DNA of 64,000 nucleotides from Pseudomonadota bacterium (GTDB lineage Bacteria; Pseudomonadota; Gammaproteobacteria; UBA1113): NCBI GenBank assembly GCA_021778015.1, contig JAJYCX010000009.1, positions 12,522 to 76,521 of the forward strand, read 5' to 3'. Shown piece by piece: positions 62,708 to 64,000 of this stretch (position 1 is its first letter; each line of letters starts with the position of its first letter). The notes under the pieces were generated by a model. It saw only the letters and a program-made list of their open reading frames with translations, ran no database searches and was not told where the DNA came from. The position numbers and the translations under genes were made by a program.

Positions 62708-64000
62708 ATGAAGCAAGAAATCAGTCAGCTCATCGGCAGCGCATTAACCGCCATGCGTAAAGAAGGCTTATTGCCTGAAGATAGTCACCCTAGCATTCAG
62801 ATTGAACACACGCGTGATAAGCAATTTGGCGATTTTGCCTGCAATGTTGCCATGTTATTAGCTAAACCGCTGCAAAAAGCACCGCGAGCCGTGGCTGAAC
62901 AAATTATCGCTCACTTACCGCAAGACCCTCTAATCAGCCGTGTGGACATCGCTGGTCCTGGTTTTATTAACTTCTTTGTCAAAACACAGGGCTTCTTGGC
63001 GGTTATTCAGAAGGTTTTAGAACAAAAAGAAAGGTATGGCAACAGCGATCTGGGCAAAAATGAATCAGTTTATTTAGAATTTGTATCCGCCAACCCCACG
63101 GGTCCCTTGCACGTAGGTCATGGTCGTGGCGCCGCCTATGGCGATACCTTGGGCAATTTATTGACCAGCCAAGGCTATGCAGTACATCGCGAATATTACG
63201 TCAACGATGCCGGGCGGCAGATGAATATACTGGCCTTAAGCGTATGGTTGCGTTATTTAGAATTGTGTGGCGAAACCTTTGTATTCCCTAGCAATGCTTA
63301 TAAGGGCGATTACGTCATTGCCATCGCCGAACAATTAAAACAAACACATCATAATAGTTTGCAACGCGCACCCAGCACTTGGTGGAATAATATTACGCCA
63401 GACGAAGGCGAAACGGATGGCGATAAAGACAAACACGTAGACGATTTAATCAACGCCATGAAACAAACTTTGGGCGACGCCAATTATGGCATTGTTTTTA
63501 ATCTCGCTTTAAACGATGTGTTAACAGACATACGGGATGACTTAGATGGTTTTGGTGTGCATTTTGATGCGTGGTTTTCTGAAAAACAATTGGTGCAACA
63601 AGGCTTGTTACAACAAGGCATTGAAAAATTAAAAGCGCTAGGACACACTTACGAACAAGAGGGTAACTTATGGTTTAAAGCCACCGAGTTTGGCGATGAA
63701 AAAGATCGCGTATTGGTGCGTAAAAATGGCCAACCCACTTATTTTGCTTCCGATGTTGCTTATCACGTTTTAAAATTTGCTAAAGCACATCGTGTCATCG
63801 ATGTGCTCGGCGCTGATCACCATGGCTATGCCCCACGCGTCAAAGCCATGCTCAGCGCTTTAGGTTTAGACAGCAGCCGTTTATCGGTAGAATTGATTCA
63901 ATTTGCGGTATTGTATCGTGGCAAAGAACGAGTGCAGATGTCTACGCGTAGCGGCTCCTTCGTTACCTTACGTGAATTAAGAGAGGAAGTCGGTCGCGAT
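62708..64000 (+). CDS. argS: arginyl-tRNA synthetase, 5' part (runs off the window end)
   Basis: Open frame from ATG 62708 to the window end (431 codons). ArgS N-terminal domain, then the HIGH-region SANPTGPLHVGHGRGA. Confidence 0.9.
   Translation, partial: MKQEISQLIGSALTAMRKEGLLPEDSHPSIQIEHTRDKQFGDFACNVAMLLAKPLQKAPRAVAEQIIAHLPQDPLISRVDIAGPGFINFFVKTQGFLAVIQKVLEQKERYGNSDLGKNESVYLEFVSANPTGPLHVGHGRGAAYGDTLGNLLTSQGYAVHREYYVNDAGRQMNILALSVWLRYLELCGETFVFPSNAYKGDYVIAIAEQLKQTHHNSLQRAPSTWWNNITPDEGETDGDKDKHVDDLINAMKQTLGDANYGIVFNLALNDVLTDIRDDLDGFGVHFDAWFSEKQLVQQGLLQQGIEKLKALGHTYEQEGNLWFKATEFGDEKDRVLVRKNGQPTYFASDVAYHVLKFAKAHRVIDVLGADHHGYAPRVKAMLSALGLDSSRLSVELIQFAVLYRGKERVQMSTRSGSFVTLRELREEVGRD

Overview
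This is a 64-kb chromosomal window from a low-GC (about 40% by eye) gammaproteobacterium. From gene content, the candidate host-targeted proteins and the repeat types, I infer an amoeba-associated or intracellular Legionellales-like organism; no database search was possible. All calls come from reading the supplied translations and the DNA by eye.

The housekeeping backbone, in order:
- tkt(3' end)-gap-pgk-pyk, then ubiA.
- rhodanese-cdd-PNP-deoC.
- folB-corA-kup-coq7.
- cydABX, including a cydX gene that is missing from the ORF track.
- pdxY, dam-queG, bioC-like and comF, orn, plsY, pgpA.
- nusB-nrdR-glyA, ettA, tusDCBE, and argS (5' part only).

Accessory content:
1. A complete hyp maturation set plus a four-subunit group-3b-type [NiFe] hydrogenase and its endopeptidase (8.9-21.6 kb). 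It is interrupted by a divergent csrA paralog, an intact ParE/Phd cassette and a decayed copy of the same antitoxin.
2. An AT-rich tandem family of four unknown genes (21.6-25.6 kb). Two end in CCaaX prenylation boxes (CCVVM, CCNIL). Duplicated promoter regions carry a TTAAT-N6-TTAAT, PmrA-box-like direct repeat.
3. Further candidate host-targeted proteins: a 21-aa-period LRR protein, a 570-aa protein with a Ser/Pro-rich N-terminus, and an 843-aa protein with three ~100-aa repeats.
4. An orphan type-IVb-like pilus module with three pilin paralogs and one platform protein.
5. At least two abundant families of nested-palindrome MITE/REP-like elements plus a short third motif. There are about 18 insertions totalling roughly 4 kb. 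Several lie inside operons, and one inverted pair brackets bioC-comF.

I found no tRNA, rRNA, CRISPR array, transposase or integrase.
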